A DNA stretch of 64,000 nucleotides from an uncultured Gemmatimonadaceae bacterium (GTDB taxonomy: Bacteria; Gemmatimonadota; Gemmatimonadetes; Gemmatimonadales; Gemmatimonadaceae): NCBI GenBank assembly GCA_963781585.1, contig CAWAGQ010000006.1:128001-192000 (forward strand), written 5' to 3'. Shown in pieces: positions 39,559 to 49,965 of this stretch. Each line of letters opens with the position of its first letter. Within the stretch, counting starts at the first letter, position 1. The position numbers were made by a program, and so were the translations under genes. The notes under the pieces were generated by a model. It saw only the letters and a list, made by a program, of their open reading frames with translations. It ran no database searches and was not told where the DNA came from.

Positions 39559-41841
39559 ATGAGATACCTCCCTGTCCACGGCCTCATCGCCGCCCTGCTG
39601 TTCTCCGCAGCGGCTGCGATGCACCCTGTCACAGCCACCGCATCCACCACCCGGTCGCGGTCGGAGGCCGCTGCCGATTCGGTTCACGGCATGGTTACCG
39701 ACAGCGCCAGTCGCCCCGTTGCCGGCGCTCGCGTGGCGCTGGTGGAGCTCGCCCGCGCCGTGGTCACCGACAGCGCCGGTGGCTTCGCGTTTTCCGACGT
39801 GCCGTCAGGGCGCTACACCATCACGATCTCGGCGCAGGGATTCGGGTTGTTCGGTGAGCAGGTCATGGTCGCGGGCGGCATGTCGCCGCTCCGCTTCACG
39901 CTGGCTGTGGGGGAACGCAACCTGCCGCGCGTGACGGTCACCGCGGTGCGGGCGGCGTCGCCGCTCGCCAATTCACCCCTCCCGGTTTCTGAAGTCGGGA
40001 GCGAGGATTTGCGGCGCGAGCATTCGGTGAGCCTGGCGCGCGCCATCGAGCGGGTGCCGGGGGTCCGGAGCCTAACGACGGGCGAGCAGATCGGGAAACC
40101 GGTGATCCGGGGACTGAGCGGCGCGCGGGTGCTGGTGCTCGACAACGGGCTTCGGCTGGAGGACTACAGCTGGAGCGACGAGGACGGCCCGTCGGTGGAA
40201 TCGCGTCTGGCGGACCGGATCGAGATCGTCCGGGGCCCGGCGAGCCTGATGTACGGGAGCGACGCGATCGGCGGCGTGGTCAACGTCGTCCCCGCCGAGC
40301 TGCCTTCGGCGGTCGGCACCGACGGCTTCAAACGCATGGCGGGAGAGCTGTACTTCGCGTCGAACAATGGAGAGTTCGGAACGGCGCTGCGGGCCGAGGG
40401 CGCGAGTGGACGGTGGGGGTGGCGCGGGTTCGTGGTCGGTCGGAGCGCCGAAGATCTCAACACTCCGGACGGCAAGCTCGACAATACAGGATTCGTGGCG
40501 GTCAACGGAGAACTGGCTATCGGGCACCACGGAAGCCGCGGTTCGTCGATGCTGCGGTACGTCCGCTATGGCGGTGAATTCAAGCTCCTCGAGGCCGGTG
40601 GACCGCCTCCCGGAGAGGAGGAGGGGGCAGGGCCGGAGCGAGTGCTGAGCGACGATCGCGTGCAGTTCGCGGGCAAGTACGTGCTCGGCGGGATGCGTCT
40701 GGATGTCCAGGGGCAATGGCAGCGGCACGATCTGATCGAGAAGTCCGACGATCTGGTTCCGCTCGGCGGCCCGCCTGACGCGACGGTCTTCGACCTGCTC
40801 CTCAACACGTTTACCGGAGAGGTGGTGGCCCATCGCGATTTCGGTACGGGGTGGACGGGGACGGCAGGCGCGTCCGGCGAGATTCAGTCCAACGACTCCC
40901 GGGGCATCGAGCCGATCATCCCCGATGCGAACCTTCTGGCGGGCGGCGCGTTCGCCTTCGCCGAGTACACGGCATCGCGATGGAACCTGCTGGGCGGGAT
41001 TCGCGCCGACGCACGCCGGCTGTCGAACGACGCCAACGCCGACCTGAATCGTCCCGCCGCCACGCGGAAGAGCGGAGCGGTGAGCGCGGATCTCGGGGCG
41101 GTATTCCGACTCGGCGGCGGCTTTGCGCTGACGGCGAACGCGGGCCGGGCGTGGCGCGCTCCCACCCTGTTCGAGCTCTACGCCAACGGCCCGCGCATCG
41201 GCGAGAACCGGTTCGAGATCGGCGACTCCAATCTCGACCCCGAAGCGAGCTTCAACGTGGATGGGGGACTGCGGTGGGAGCACGACGAGGTCAGCGCCGA
41301 AGTGTCGGTGTTCCACGACGACATCCAGAAGTTCATCTTCATCGCGCCGACGGGGACGCAAGCGAGTTCGCTGCCGGTCTATCGCTACGAGCACGCCGAC
41401 GCGACGCTGACGGGCGCTGAGGCCGCCGCGGAAGTGCAGGCGACCGCCAACGTGACGCTGCGTGCGCGACATGATTTCGTGCGCGGAACGAACAACGAGA
41501 CCAACTCGCCTCTTCCGCTCGTTCCGCCGGCACGATCCGGTGGGGAGGTGGAGCTGCACGGGGAGAAGCTCGGTGGGTTCTCGAGTCCCTCCCTTGGCGT
41601 GGAGGTCGAATACAACGCCAGGCAGACGAGACTGAGCTCGTTCGATACACCCACGGATGGGTACACGCTCGTGAATCTCGAGGCAGGATTCGGCGCCGCC
41701 CTGGGCGGGCATCAATTGCGGTTGGCGCTGCGCGTCCGCAACCTGACCGACGAGGCGTACCGGTCGTATCTCAGCCGGTACAAGGAGTTCGCGCTGGATC
41801 CGGGTCGCAACATCGTGGTGCGGGTATCGACCGGGTTCTGA
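39559..41841 (+). CDS. TonB-dependent receptor
   Basis: Carboxypeptidase-regulatory N-domain, KPVIRGL, IEIVRGPASLMYGSDAIGGVVN, RAPTLFEL, GRN..F C-terminus. Confidence 0.93.
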   Translation: MRYLPVHGLIAALLFSAAAAMHPVTATASTTRSRSEAAADSVHGMVTDSASRPVAGARVALVELARAVVTDSAGGFAFSDVPSGRYTITISAQGFGLFGEQVMVAGGMSPLRFTLAVGERNLPRVTVTAVRAASPLANSPLPVSEVGSEDLRREHSVSLARAIERVPGVRSLTTGEQIGKPVIRGLSGARVLVLDNGLRLEDYSWSDEDGPSVESRLADRIEIVRGPASLMYGSDAIGGVVNVVPAELPSAVGTDGFKRMAGELYFASNNGEFGTALRAEGASGRWGWRGFVVGRSAEDLNTPDGKLDNTGFVAVNGELAIGHHGSRGSSMLRYVRYGGEFKLLEAGGPPPGEEEGAGPERVLSDDRVQFAGKYVLGGMRLDVQGQWQRHDLIEKSDDLVPLGGPPDATVFDLLLNTFTGEVVAHRDFGTGWTGTAGASGEIQSNDSRGIEPIIPDANLLAGGAFAFAEYTASRWNLLGGIRADARRLSNDANADLNRPAATRKSGAVSADLGAVFRLGGGFALTANAGRAWRAPTLFELYANGPRIGENRFEIGDSNLDPEASFNVDGGLRWEHDEVSAEVSVFHDDIQKFIFIAPTGTQASSLPVYRYEHADATLTGAEAAAEVQATANVTLRARHDFVRGTNNETNSPLPLVPPARSGGEVELHGEKLGGFSSPSLGVEVEYNARQTRLSSFDTPTDGYTLVNLEAGFGAALGGHQLRLALRVRNLTDEAYRSYLSRYKEFALDPGRNIVVRVSTGF

Positions 41842-41891
41842 CGGGGCGCCTCTGCCGGTCGAGACACGCGCCGCCCGTATATTTGCGGGCA

Positions 41892-43070
41892 ATGATCCCG
41901 GTCCGGCGTGTGTTGGTGCCGCTCGCGATGGCGTGGCTGGCGTCGTGCCGCTCCGGCGCGAGCGTGCGCGCCCCCGCGGCGAATCTGCTCGTGGTCGCCG
42001 GCGACTCCACGTTCTGGATCGCCAATGACACGGGTGCGTTCGACGTCCGCCGATCGCCGATCCTGCTGGCACACTACGGCGGCCGCTTCTACGAGATCTA
42101 CGTCACCGATGACGATCGGTCATTCTACGACGCGGTCATCGTCGGGCAGCGCATCTATCGACGCGATCTGATCGGCGGCGATTCGGCCGCGGTGTTCGAG
42201 GATCCGACCCTCGCCGAACTCGCGGCGTCATACGCATCGGCCCATCCTGGCCAGCGGCCGCTGGCGCCGGACGAAGACGGCGCCGACGATCCGATGATGA
42301 GCTCCACGACTGAAACGGACGTCGTGGACGTACTCGGCCCATTCGCGACCTTCGAACAGCGCGCGGACATGGACCTGCCGGACGGCCGCGAGTTGCTCCA
42401 CACGTCGCGCTCCGTGGTCGATCTGCGCTCGTCGCGAGTCATTGCGCTGGGCGACCTGGTCACGGACAGCGTGCGCCGTCGGATCCTGCGCGACGAGCAG
42501 CGCGCGCTCGCCGCGACGTTTGACTCGGTGCGGAAGTCGAGCGATCCGCGAGCGCGCGTGGCGGCCAGGATGCTGCGCGGCTTCATCGAGGATGACTCCA
42601 GCTTCTCGCTCGTCCTGGTCGACACGGGTCCCGCCGTGGCGTTCCTGGTCCCCGGGCAGGGGGAGCGCGCCGGCGGCTACGCCCTCCCGTTGCCGCCCAT
42701 CCGTATTCCGGCCGGAGAGTGGTGGAACGAGGTGCGCGCCACGCTGCCGTCGCACCGGGGGCCCAACGAGGATGCCTGGGCCGGCCCAGTCTACGACGTG
42801 GTGGTGCGCTACGACTCCGCGGCGGACGCCGCGTTGCTCACCTTGCGTGATGCCAGCGGGAAGGAGTTCCTCGCCATGCCCCTCCCCGCTCCGGTGACGC
42901 GCGTGTACCGCCTGGATAGTCTGGCGCGCGACACCTTGACCATCAACGCGCTCAGACGCGCGTTCGATGAGGCCGCACCCGACGCGAGCGATACGACCAG
43001 GACCATCACATCTATCCGCCCCTCCGGTATCATGCCCGTCTCCAACCGGATACGGCGGCGCCCACCCTGA
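41892..43070 (+). CDS. Hypothetical lipoprotein
   Basis: Lipobox-like LASC, GC-typical codon usage, operon position. Confidence 0.65.
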   Translation: MIPVRRVLVPLAMAWLASCRSGASVRAPAANLLVVAGDSTFWIANDTGAFDVRRSPILLAHYGGRFYEIYVTDDDRSFYDAVIVGQRIYRRDLIGGDSAAVFEDPTLAELAASYASAHPGQRPLAPDEDGADDPMMSSTTETDVVDVLGPFATFEQRADMDLPDGRELLHTSRSVVDLRSSRVIALGDLVTDSVRRRILRDEQRALAATFDSVRKSSDPRARVAARMLRGFIEDDSSFSLVLVDTGPAVAFLVPGQGERAGGYALPLPPIRIPAGEWWNEVRATLPSHRGPNEDAWAGPVYDVVVRYDSAADAALLTLRDASGKEFLAMPLPAPVTRVYRLDSLARDTLTINALRRAFDEAAPDASDTTRTITSIRPSGIMPVSNRIRRRPP

Positions 43071-43132
43071 CCCGTCATTGCTCTTCGAATCGATGCTCGT
43101 CGCCCACCGGTCCCTCATCACCCCCCCGCCAC

Positions 43133-43651
43133 GTGACAGATCAGTCTTCTCGTCCCACTCGAACGGTCAAGCAGTCGCAGCACGAGACCTCCGAAATCAT
43201 GATGCCCCAGCACGCCAACAACCTCGGGCAGGTCTTCGGCGGCGTCGTGCTCGCCATGATGGACCGTGCGGCCGCGGTGGCTGCGATCCGACATTGTCGC
43301 ACCACCTGTGTGACGGCGTCGATTGATCGGGTGGATTTCCGCGAGCCGATCCACGTGGGTGATCTGGTGGTGATGCGTGCCAGCGTGAACTACGTGGGAC
43401 GGACGTCCCTGGAGGTGGGGGTTCGGGTGGAAGCCGAGGATCTCTTCTCGGGCCGCCGTCGCCACACCAACTCGTGCTACCTGACCTTCGTGGCGGTAGA
43501 CAGCAGCGGCCGGCCCGTGCAGGTCCCCGGTCTGGTTCCGGAGTCGGAAGACGAGATCCGCCGCTCTCATGCCGCGGCTGCGCGCCGCCGCCGCCGGCTC
43601 GAGGAGCGGCAGGCCGAGGAACGAACGCTCCGGGGCGGTGGAGGTGGGTAG
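43133..43651 (+). CDS. Acyl-CoA thioesterase (hotdog fold)
   Basis: HANNLGQVFGG, VTASID.VDF..PI.VGD, GRTSLEV, TFVAVD. Confidence 0.92.
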   Translation: MTDQSSRPTRTVKQSQHETSEIMMPQHANNLGQVFGGVVLAMMDRAAAVAAIRHCRTTCVTASIDRVDFREPIHVGDLVVMRASVNYVGRTSLEVGVRVEAEDLFSGRRRHTNSCYLTFVAVDSSGRPVQVPGLVPESEDEIRRSHAAAARRRRRLEERQAEERTLRGGGGG

Positions 43652-43699
43652 GTGATTCCGGGCTTGACCGGGGCGGGCGCGGCACGACAGCCTTCCCCA

Positions 43700-44107
43700 A
43701 TGACCCAGCGATTCACCGTGGACCAGGCCAACCGCACGCTTCCACTCGTGAGGCGCATCGTGCGCGACCTGGTGGACGCCTTCGCGACCTGGCAGGCCAG
43801 GGTGCGCGAGTTCGAGGTGGCCACGGCGCAGAGCCGCGCCGACCGACCGTCACCGCGGGCGGAGGAGCTTCAGCGCGACACCCAGCGTCTGGCGCAGGAG
43901 ATTCAGGGATTCGTGTCGGAGCTGCGCGGCCTGGGCGTCGAGCCCAAGGGTTTCGACATCGGGCTGGTCGATTTCCCGAGTGAGGTGGGCGGCCGCACCG
44001 TGTATCTGTGCTGGAAGCTGGGTGAAGAGTCGGTGCAATACTGGCACGAAGCGGACGCCGGCTACTCCGGCCGACAACCGCTGGAGTCCATCCTGCAGAA
44101 CTCCTGA
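43700..44107 (+). CDS. DUF2203 family protein
   Basis: FTVDQAN..LP, GLVDFP, VYLCWKLGE..YWH..AGY.GRQPL. Confidence 0.88.
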   Translation: MTQRFTVDQANRTLPLVRRIVRDLVDAFATWQARVREFEVATAQSRADRPSPRAEELQRDTQRLAQEIQGFVSELRGLGVEPKGFDIGLVDFPSEVGGRTVYLCWKLGEESVQYWHEADAGYSGRQPLESILQNS

Positions 44108-44130
44108 GCCTTCATCGCCTCCAACTCGTT

Positions 44131-44409
44131 ATGCGCCCCTTTCACGGACCGGACGGCACGACGTGGAGTGTGGACGTAAAGGTGCCGAGCTACAGCAGCG
44201 CGATGGTGGTGTTCAGGAATCCCGACAGCGAAACCGCCCGGCGGGACCGGTACGCGTGGTACAACGCGCACACGCCGGAGGCACGCGATCCCCGGGCACG
44301 ACTCACGCCGAAGGCGGTGCTCGAGTCGCTCACCGACATGCAGATCGCCTTGCTCTTCCGGCGGTCGATGCCGATACACGAGGATCGGCCGGGTTACGTG
44401 GTGACGTAG
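44131..44409 (+). CDS. Hypothetical protein
   Basis: 92-aa ORF filling the gap, normal composition, ends 3 bp from the convergent rnz. Confidence 0.7.
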   Translation: MRPFHGPDGTTWSVDVKVPSYSSAMVVFRNPDSETARRDRYAWYNAHTPEARDPRARLTPKAVLESLTDMQIALLFRRSMPIHEDRPGYVVT

Positions 44410-44412
44410 ATC

Positions 44413-45372
44413 TCAGCCCGGCGCGACGGCGCCGGTTGGCGCCGGCACGGGCTCGTCCTGGTACGCCACGTCGATCTCCAGACCGTCGCGTGCCACGACG
44501 GTGTTGGGAAAGACCTCGCGCGCCTCACGTTCCAGGTCGCTCACATCCCGGGTGTAACGCGCCGACACGTGAGTGAGCACCAGGCGCGTCACGCCGGCGC
44601 GTGCCGCGACCTCGGCCGCTTCGCGGGCAGTGGAGTGTCCCGTCTCGACGGCGCGCTCCTGTTCCTCGTCGCCAAAGGTCGCTTCGTGGACGAGAAGATC
44701 GGCGTCCCGCGCCATCTCGATCGTGGAGGTCGTGGGACGTGTGTCGCCGGTGAGAACCACGCGCCTCCCGTACCGGCGCGGTCCCACCAGGACGCCGGGG
44801 TCGATCACCCGGCCATCGTCGAGGGTGATCGACTCGCCCCGGTGGATCCGTCCCCAGAGCGGCCCCTCGGGGATGCCGAGTTCCCGGGCGAGGTCGGGAT
44901 TGAAACGCCCCCGGCGCTCGGCCTCCACCAGGGAGTAGCCCAGGGAGGGAGGCCCGCGGTGGTCCAACTCATGGGCAATGATCACATACTCCTTTCGGGG
45001 AATTTCGTCAGCGGGGTTCAGTTCCCTAACATCGAGTGGGAACGCGAGCCGATCTGCACCGAACAACTCCGCCCGTCGGAGAATGCGTGCCGCGCCTCGT
45101 GGTCCCCAGGCCCGCAGGGGTTGGGTGCGTCCCTGGAGTGACATCGTCCGGAGCAGACCCACGATTCCGAGAAAGTGGTCCGTGTGAAAGTGGGTGAAGA
45201 AGACGTCGTCGAGGTTGAACGTGATCCCGAAGCGCATCATCTGTCGCTGGGTGCCCTCGCCGCAGTCGAAGAGAAACGTCTCACCTTCGCGCACGAGGGC
45301 GACCGAGGCGACGTTGCGTTCCACGGTGGGGCGTGAAGCAGAAGTGCCGAGGAAGCGGAGGGTGAGCGACAT
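44413..45372 (-). CDS. rnz: Ribonuclease Z
   Basis: FLGTS, DCGEGTQRQ, THFHTDH, exosite GP..G, GDT, HEATF, HST, HVSARY. Confidence 0.95.
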   Translation of the reverse strand: MSLTLRFLGTSASRPTVERNVASVALVREGETFLFDCGEGTQRQMMRFGITFNLDDVFFTHFHTDHFLGIVGLLRTMSLQGRTQPLRAWGPRGAARILRRAELFGADRLAFPLDVRELNPADEIPRKEYVIIAHELDHRGPPSLGYSLVEAERRGRFNPDLARELGIPEGPLWGRIHRGESITLDDGRVIDPGVLVGPRRYGRRVVLTGDTRPTTSTIEMARDADLLVHEATFGDEEQERAVETGHSTAREAAEVAARAGVTRLVLTHVSARYTRDVSDLEREAREVFPNTVVARDGLEIDVAYQDEPVPAPTGAVAPG

Positions 45373-45590
45373 GGGGCGGAATATAGCGGTACCAGTGGGG
45401 AGGCCGAGTCGTTACCGGACGTGATCATGTTCGACAGGCGTGTGTGATCCATGCCGCAGACGTTATGACCGGTGCGGGTGAAGTTGCGGAGCAAGCACTC
45501 ATCAGGCTGTTCGATCCACGTGCGCAATTCGGCGCACGGCACGAAGCGGGCGGCGACGTGTTCACCGTATCCATGGCTGTGGGAGGGCTT

Positions 45591-45977
45591 ATGAGCGGAA
45601 AGAGCAGGCGAGGATTCGCGTCGATGGATCCATCGCGTCAGCGTGCCATCGCCAGCAGAGGGGGCAAGGCAGCGCATGAGAAGGGGACCGCGCATGAGTG
45701 GTCGTCGGACGAGGCGCGGAACGCGGGACGGAAGGGAGGAGAGGTGGTGAGCCGGGACCGCGTACACATGGCCGCTATCGGCCGTGAAGGCGGCGAGGCG
45801 CGGGGCCGGTCTCGTGCCCGGCAGCTGATTGCCGCGAGCAGCAATCTCGATCGGCTCGGCCGTTATGGCGATCGTGAAGCGCCGGTTGCGACGAGTCGCG
45901 AGATGGGCCCGGCCGCTTCCGAGCAGGAGCGCCAGGTTCCCCGGAGGGAGCCTGTCCGCTACGAGCTGGAGCGGTAG
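45591..45977 (+). CDS. KGG-repeat general stress protein
   Basis: RGFASMD...IAS.GG.AAH..GTAHEW...EA..AGRKGG. Confidence 0.88.
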   Translation: MSGKSRRGFASMDPSRQRAIASRGGKAAHEKGTAHEWSSDEARNAGRKGGEVVSRDRVHMAAIGREGGEARGRSRARQLIAASSNLDRLGRYGDREAPVATSREMGPAASEQERQVPRREPVRYELER

Positions 45978-45994
45978 GTAGCCGAGGAGTTTCT

Positions 45995-46034
45995 GTTCGG
46001 CCGCCCCGGCCCGCCCGGGGCGGCCGAACCTTTC
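45995..46034 (+). terminator. GC-rich hairpin, probable terminator
   Basis: GTTCGGCCGCCCCGG / CCGGGGCGGCCGAAC 15-bp stem followed by CTTTC. Confidence 0.65.
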
Positions 46035-46310
46035 GCACAGCAGTGCTCCCCGGCGGGGTCGTCAATCCGCAGCTGCATTGGACAGGAGTGTGTGCGCGCG
46101 GACCGGTGGGCAGTGCCCATCGAGGTCGAGGAATGCCGCCGGCCCCTGGTCGGCGGCTCTTCTCTTGGCTGAGGGCTTGGCGCCTCGCGGGCACTCGATC
46201 AGTTCTCCGGCCCTCCGGCCCTCCCGCCCTCCGGCCCCCGGCCCGCGGACCTGCCCTCCACGCGCGTCGCGGTACCCGCCGCCATCTGCGAGCAACCCTT
46301 TCGGGGCGTG

Positions 46311-46327
46311 ACATAGTCTATCTATGT
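46311..46327. promoter_or_regulatory. Candidate PadR operator
   Basis: Inverted repeat ACATAG-N5-CTATGT 7 bp upstream of the padR start. Confidence 0.6.
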
Positions 46328-46334
46328 TAGACAG

Positions 46335-46667
46335 ATGCCACCACGAGAAGCGATTCCCCCCGGCACCCTGGACATGCTCATCCTGCGCACGCTGGCGCGG
46401 CACGGCGAGCTGCACGGGTTCCAGATCGCCGAGATGATCCAGCGGACGTCGGCGAGCGTGCTGCAGGTGGAGGAGGGATCGCTGTACCCGGCGCTCCAGC
46501 GAATGCTCGTGAAGGGATGGCTCGTTGGCGAGTGGAGGCGCACGCCCGAGAACCGTCGCGCGCGGTACTACGAGGTCACCGCGGCGGGGACGCGGCAACT
46601 GGAGCGTGAGGTCGCATCGTACCGGCGTGTGACTGCCGCGATCGCACGCATCCTGCAGCCCGCCTGA
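46335..46667 (+). CDS. PadR family regulator (ADOP-associated type)
   Basis: GTLDMLIL, HGF.I, EEGSLYPAL, ENRRARYY. Confidence 0.93.
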   Translation: MPPREAIPPGTLDMLILRTLARHGELHGFQIAEMIQRTSASVLQVEEGSLYPALQRMLVKGWLVGEWRRTPENRRARYYEVTAAGTRQLEREVASYRRVTAAIARILQPA

Positions 46668-46688
46668 CGGGAAGGGAGAGGAAGCGAC

Positions 46689-49361
46689 GTGACAAGCACC
46701 CTGGGCGATTATCTGCGACGCTTGCGGTTGCTCCTTGGTCGCGATCGTGCGTTGGCGGAGCTGGAGGACGAGATGCGTGTGCATCTCGAGTACCGCGCCG
46801 ACGCGTTTCGCGAGCGGGGCGTGGACGGGCAGGATGCGGCCCTCGCCGCACAAAAGCGCTTCGGCAACCGTACCGTGATCCAGGAGGAGAGCCGCGACGC
46901 GTGGGGGATGCACCTTCCCGAGCAACTGGCCGCGGATCTGCGCCACGCTGTCCGACGCCTCGCACAGCGGCCGGGGTTCGCGCTCGCCGTGATCGGCGTC
47001 CTCGCGCTCGGCATCGGGGCCACCACGGCGATGTTCAGCGCGGTCGACGCCGCAATGCTGCGTCCCCTGCCGTTTCCGCGGCCGGGTGAGCTGGTAACGC
47101 TACCGCACGTGCAGGTGCCGTTTGATCCCGGTACCGACCGGTTTCCGCCGCCTCCGGTACACATCCTCGACGTGCGCGATGCCGCGGGGTTTCGTGACAT
47201 CTTCGCTCATGTTGCCGCATATGCGGTGGGAGGACTGAACCTCACCGATCCCGACCATCCGTCGCGCGTACAGGTGGGAGTGGTAACCGACGACTTCTTC
47301 GCGACGATGGGAGTACCCCCGCTCCTGGGCCGAGGGTTTTCTCACGCCGAGGGGATCCCGAACGGGCCGCTGGCCACCGTGCTCTCGTTTGGGCTCTGGC
47401 AGCGCCAGTTCGGCGGCCGCGCGATCGAGGGTCTGACCGCGCAGCTCAACGGAAAATCGTACGCCGTAGTGGGCGTGATGCCGGAAGGGTTTGCCTTTCC
47501 GGCGGACTGCGATCTCTGGGTTCCGATGACGGTGCCGACGACGTTCGCGACGTTCGAGGCGTTCCGGGGGTTCCTCCCGTCGACGACGATCGCGCGGGTC
47601 GCGCGCGGCCTGACCCGGCCGCAGGCAGACGCGCGTATGCTCGCGCGTTGGCAGCAGTCGCTGGCCGGCGCGACCAGTGAGACGGATCTTCGGGAGTATG
47701 TGGATGAAATGCGCCGGACCGGGGCGGCCCTGCCGTTGCAGCAGACCCTCGTGGGCGATCGGCGCACGGCGTTGCTGGTGTTGCTTGGCGCCACTGCGGT
47801 CCTGCTCCTGATCGCCTGCGCGAACGTAACGAACCTGCTGCTCTCGCATGCGGCAACACGCCGGCGCGAGATCGCAGTGCGCCAGGTGCTGGGGGCGACG
47901 CCGGGCCGGATCGTGCGCCAGCTGCTCGCCGAGAGCGTGACCCTGTCGGTGGCGGCGGCGGCGTTAGGAATCCTGCTGGCCCCTTTGGCCCTGCGAACGA
48001 TGCGGGTCCTCATGCCGGCGCAGCTGGCCGGGGTGGCGACGGCGCATGTGGACGTCCGGGTGCTGACCTTCGCGACCGCGCTCGCGCTGGTGACCGGCGT
48101 CGGGTTCGGCCTCTGGCCGGCTCTGGGCTCCGGCCGGGAGGACCCTGGCGCGACGATCAAGACCGGCGGTGAGCATGGCGCTACACCGCTCGCCGCCGGG
48201 CGCGTGCTCGTGGGCAGCGAAATCGCCCTCACCCTCATGTTGCTGGTGGGGGCCGGATTAATGCTCCGCAGCTTCGAGCATCTGATGGGACTCGACAAGG
48301 GGATGAATCCGGCCCACGTGGCCACGCTGGAGATGTCGATATCCGATCGTGCACAGCCGTGGAGCGAGCGGCTGCAGAAGCTCGACGCCATCATGGAACG
48401 GCTGCGTGCGTTGCCGGGAATCGACGCCGCGGGCATGGTGAACGATCTGCCGCTGCGGGGGGGCGGCGGGATCGCGCTGCGCGTCGCCGAACCGAAGCCG
48501 GTCGGCAAGACCGATTTCGGCGGTGCCCGCCAGCTCGCTGCCGACGCGGGCTACTTTGCCGCGCTCGGCATTTCACTGCTCGCGGGGCGCCTGTTCACCG
48601 ACGTGGACGACTCTCTGGCCCCACCGGTGGCCGTGATCAGCCACTCCATGGCGAAACTGTTCTGGGGCGACGCGGATCCGATCGGCCGCCAGTTCAAGCT
48701 TTCGACGGCATCCGACGCGACAGGGATTACCGTGATCGGTGTCGTGGCCGACGTGCGTGAGGGCTCGCTGGATCGCGACCCCGGCGCCCAGATGTACACG
48801 CCGATCGCGACCTGGGCGCCGCAGAACGTTGCGCTCGTTGCCCGGGGGACGGTGCCATCGCGGGTGCTTCTTTCCCGGCTGACCGAGGCAGTGCGTACGG
48901 TGGATCCGGGCCAGGCGGTCTTCAATGTGCGGATGATGGACGACGTGATCGGCGCATCGGTGGCTTCGCGGCGGGCGAACACGCTGATGATCACGGCGTT
49001 CGCGGTGCTGGCGCTGCTGCTCGCCTCGTTGGGGGTCTATGCGGTGGTCATGTACGGCGTGGCACAGCGTGGCCGCGAGTTCGGAATCCGGGCCGCCCTT
49101 GGCGCGACGAGATCAGGGCTGATGGCCATGGTCGCGCGAGAGATGGCCTCGGTGGCGGTGGTTGGCGTGGCTGTCGGGCTGGGTGGGGCCTGGGCGCTGT
49201 CGCGTGTGCTGTCGTCGCTCGTGTATGGGGTCGATCTGCACGATGCGGCCATCTTCGTGACGGTACCGCTTGCGATCCTGGTGCCGGTGGCGATTGCGAC
49301 CGTGGTTCCGGCGCGGAGGGCGACGGCGGTGAGCCCTTCGGAGGTTCTGCGGTCCGACTGA
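46689..49361 (+). CDS. ADOP family duplicated MacB/FtsX-like permease
   Basis: permease prefix (A..RFG), ALGIGATTAMFS, LLIACANV, RRREIAVR, QR.REFGIRAALGA, PARRA. Confidence 0.93.
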   Translation: MTSTLGDYLRRLRLLLGRDRALAELEDEMRVHLEYRADAFRERGVDGQDAALAAQKRFGNRTVIQEESRDAWGMHLPEQLAADLRHAVRRLAQRPGFALAVIGVLALGIGATTAMFSAVDAAMLRPLPFPRPGELVTLPHVQVPFDPGTDRFPPPPVHILDVRDAAGFRDIFAHVAAYAVGGLNLTDPDHPSRVQVGVVTDDFFATMGVPPLLGRGFSHAEGIPNGPLATVLSFGLWQRQFGGRAIEGLTAQLNGKSYAVVGVMPEGFAFPADCDLWVPMTVPTTFATFEAFRGFLPSTTIARVARGLTRPQADARMLARWQQSLAGATSETDLREYVDEMRRTGAALPLQQTLVGDRRTALLVLLGATAVLLLIACANVTNLLLSHAATRRREIAVRQVLGATPGRIVRQLLAESVTLSVAAAALGILLAPLALRTMRVLMPAQLAGVATAHVDVRVLTFATALALVTGVGFGLWPALGSGREDPGATIKTGGEHGATPLAAGRVLVGSEIALTLMLLVGAGLMLRSFEHLMGLDKGMNPAHVATLEMSISDRAQPWSERLQKLDAIMERLRALPGIDAAGMVNDLPLRGGGGIALRVAEPKPVGKTDFGGARQLAADAGYFAALGISLLAGRLFTDVDDSLAPPVAVISHSMAKLFWGDADPIGRQFKLSTASDATGITVIGVVADVREGSLDRDPGAQMYTPIATWAPQNVALVARGTVPSRVLLSRLTEAVRTVDPGQAVFNVRMMDDVIGASVASRRANTLMITAFAVLALLLASLGVYAVVMYGVAQRGREFGIRAALGATRSGLMAMVAREMASVAVVGVAVGLGGAWALSRVLSSLVYGVDLHDAAIFVTVPLAILVPVAIATVVPARRATAVSPSEVLRSD

Positions 49362-49581
49362 GCCGTTCCTTCGTGACCGGTCCGTAACCAAAGTACTGGC
49401 GGCTCGTGATGTTGCGGCGCGAACCTCAAGTCGTCCTGTAGTTCGTAGTGGACGCGATCCGGGTTGACTTCTGGGCCCTGGCGGATAGGTTACAAGCCAG
49501 TGCCGGCCCCGCCCCGAGCGGGGTCGAGTCGTTCACCCGGAGTGCGACCGGAGGAACAATGTGGCGCGCTCTCGGTACGTG

Positions 49582-49654
49582 GGGGCTGTAGCTCAGCTGG
49601 GAGAGCGCTGCAATCGCACTGCAGAGGTCAGGGGTTCGACTCCCCTCAGCTCCA
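49582..49654 (+). tRNA. tRNA-Ala(CGC), CCA not encoded
   Basis: GGGGCTG/CAGCTCC acceptor stem with G3-U70, TAGCTCAG, CTGCA-AT CGC AC-TGCAG, GGTTCGACTCC. Confidence 0.95.
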
Positions 49655-49800
49655 TCAAGAGAGATCAAAGGCCCGACGTCAGAGGCCCGAGGTCATAGGG
49701 TTCTAGAATTGCCTCAGGGTGTTAGCCCGCCGCCGACCGGTAGGACGTAGAGTTCCAATGGCGGCGCGCGTGGCGAACCCTGGGGAACTGCAGAGAGAGG

Positions 49801-49838
49801 CGCTGCTGATCGGGTGATCGGCGGCGTTTTTTGTTTTT
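49801..49838 (+). terminator. Rho-independent terminator
   Basis: CGCTGCTGATC/GATCGGCGGCG stem + TTTTTTGTTTTT. Confidence 0.8.
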
Positions 49839-49965
49839 GCCAGTCGAGTCGCCTGCTCTCGGGCAGGTCTGGACTGCGGGCTCTCGGCTCGGGTCCTCCA
49901 TCCTCTGCTCTCGCGCGTTCTCGATCGAAGGCAGTTGCGGAGGGTCTGGCCCATGGCCTGTGGCC

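Noticed and set aside
49709..49787. 6S RNA or SRP RNA
   Set aside because: Too short for 6S with no central bubble, and lacks the SRP domain IV motif
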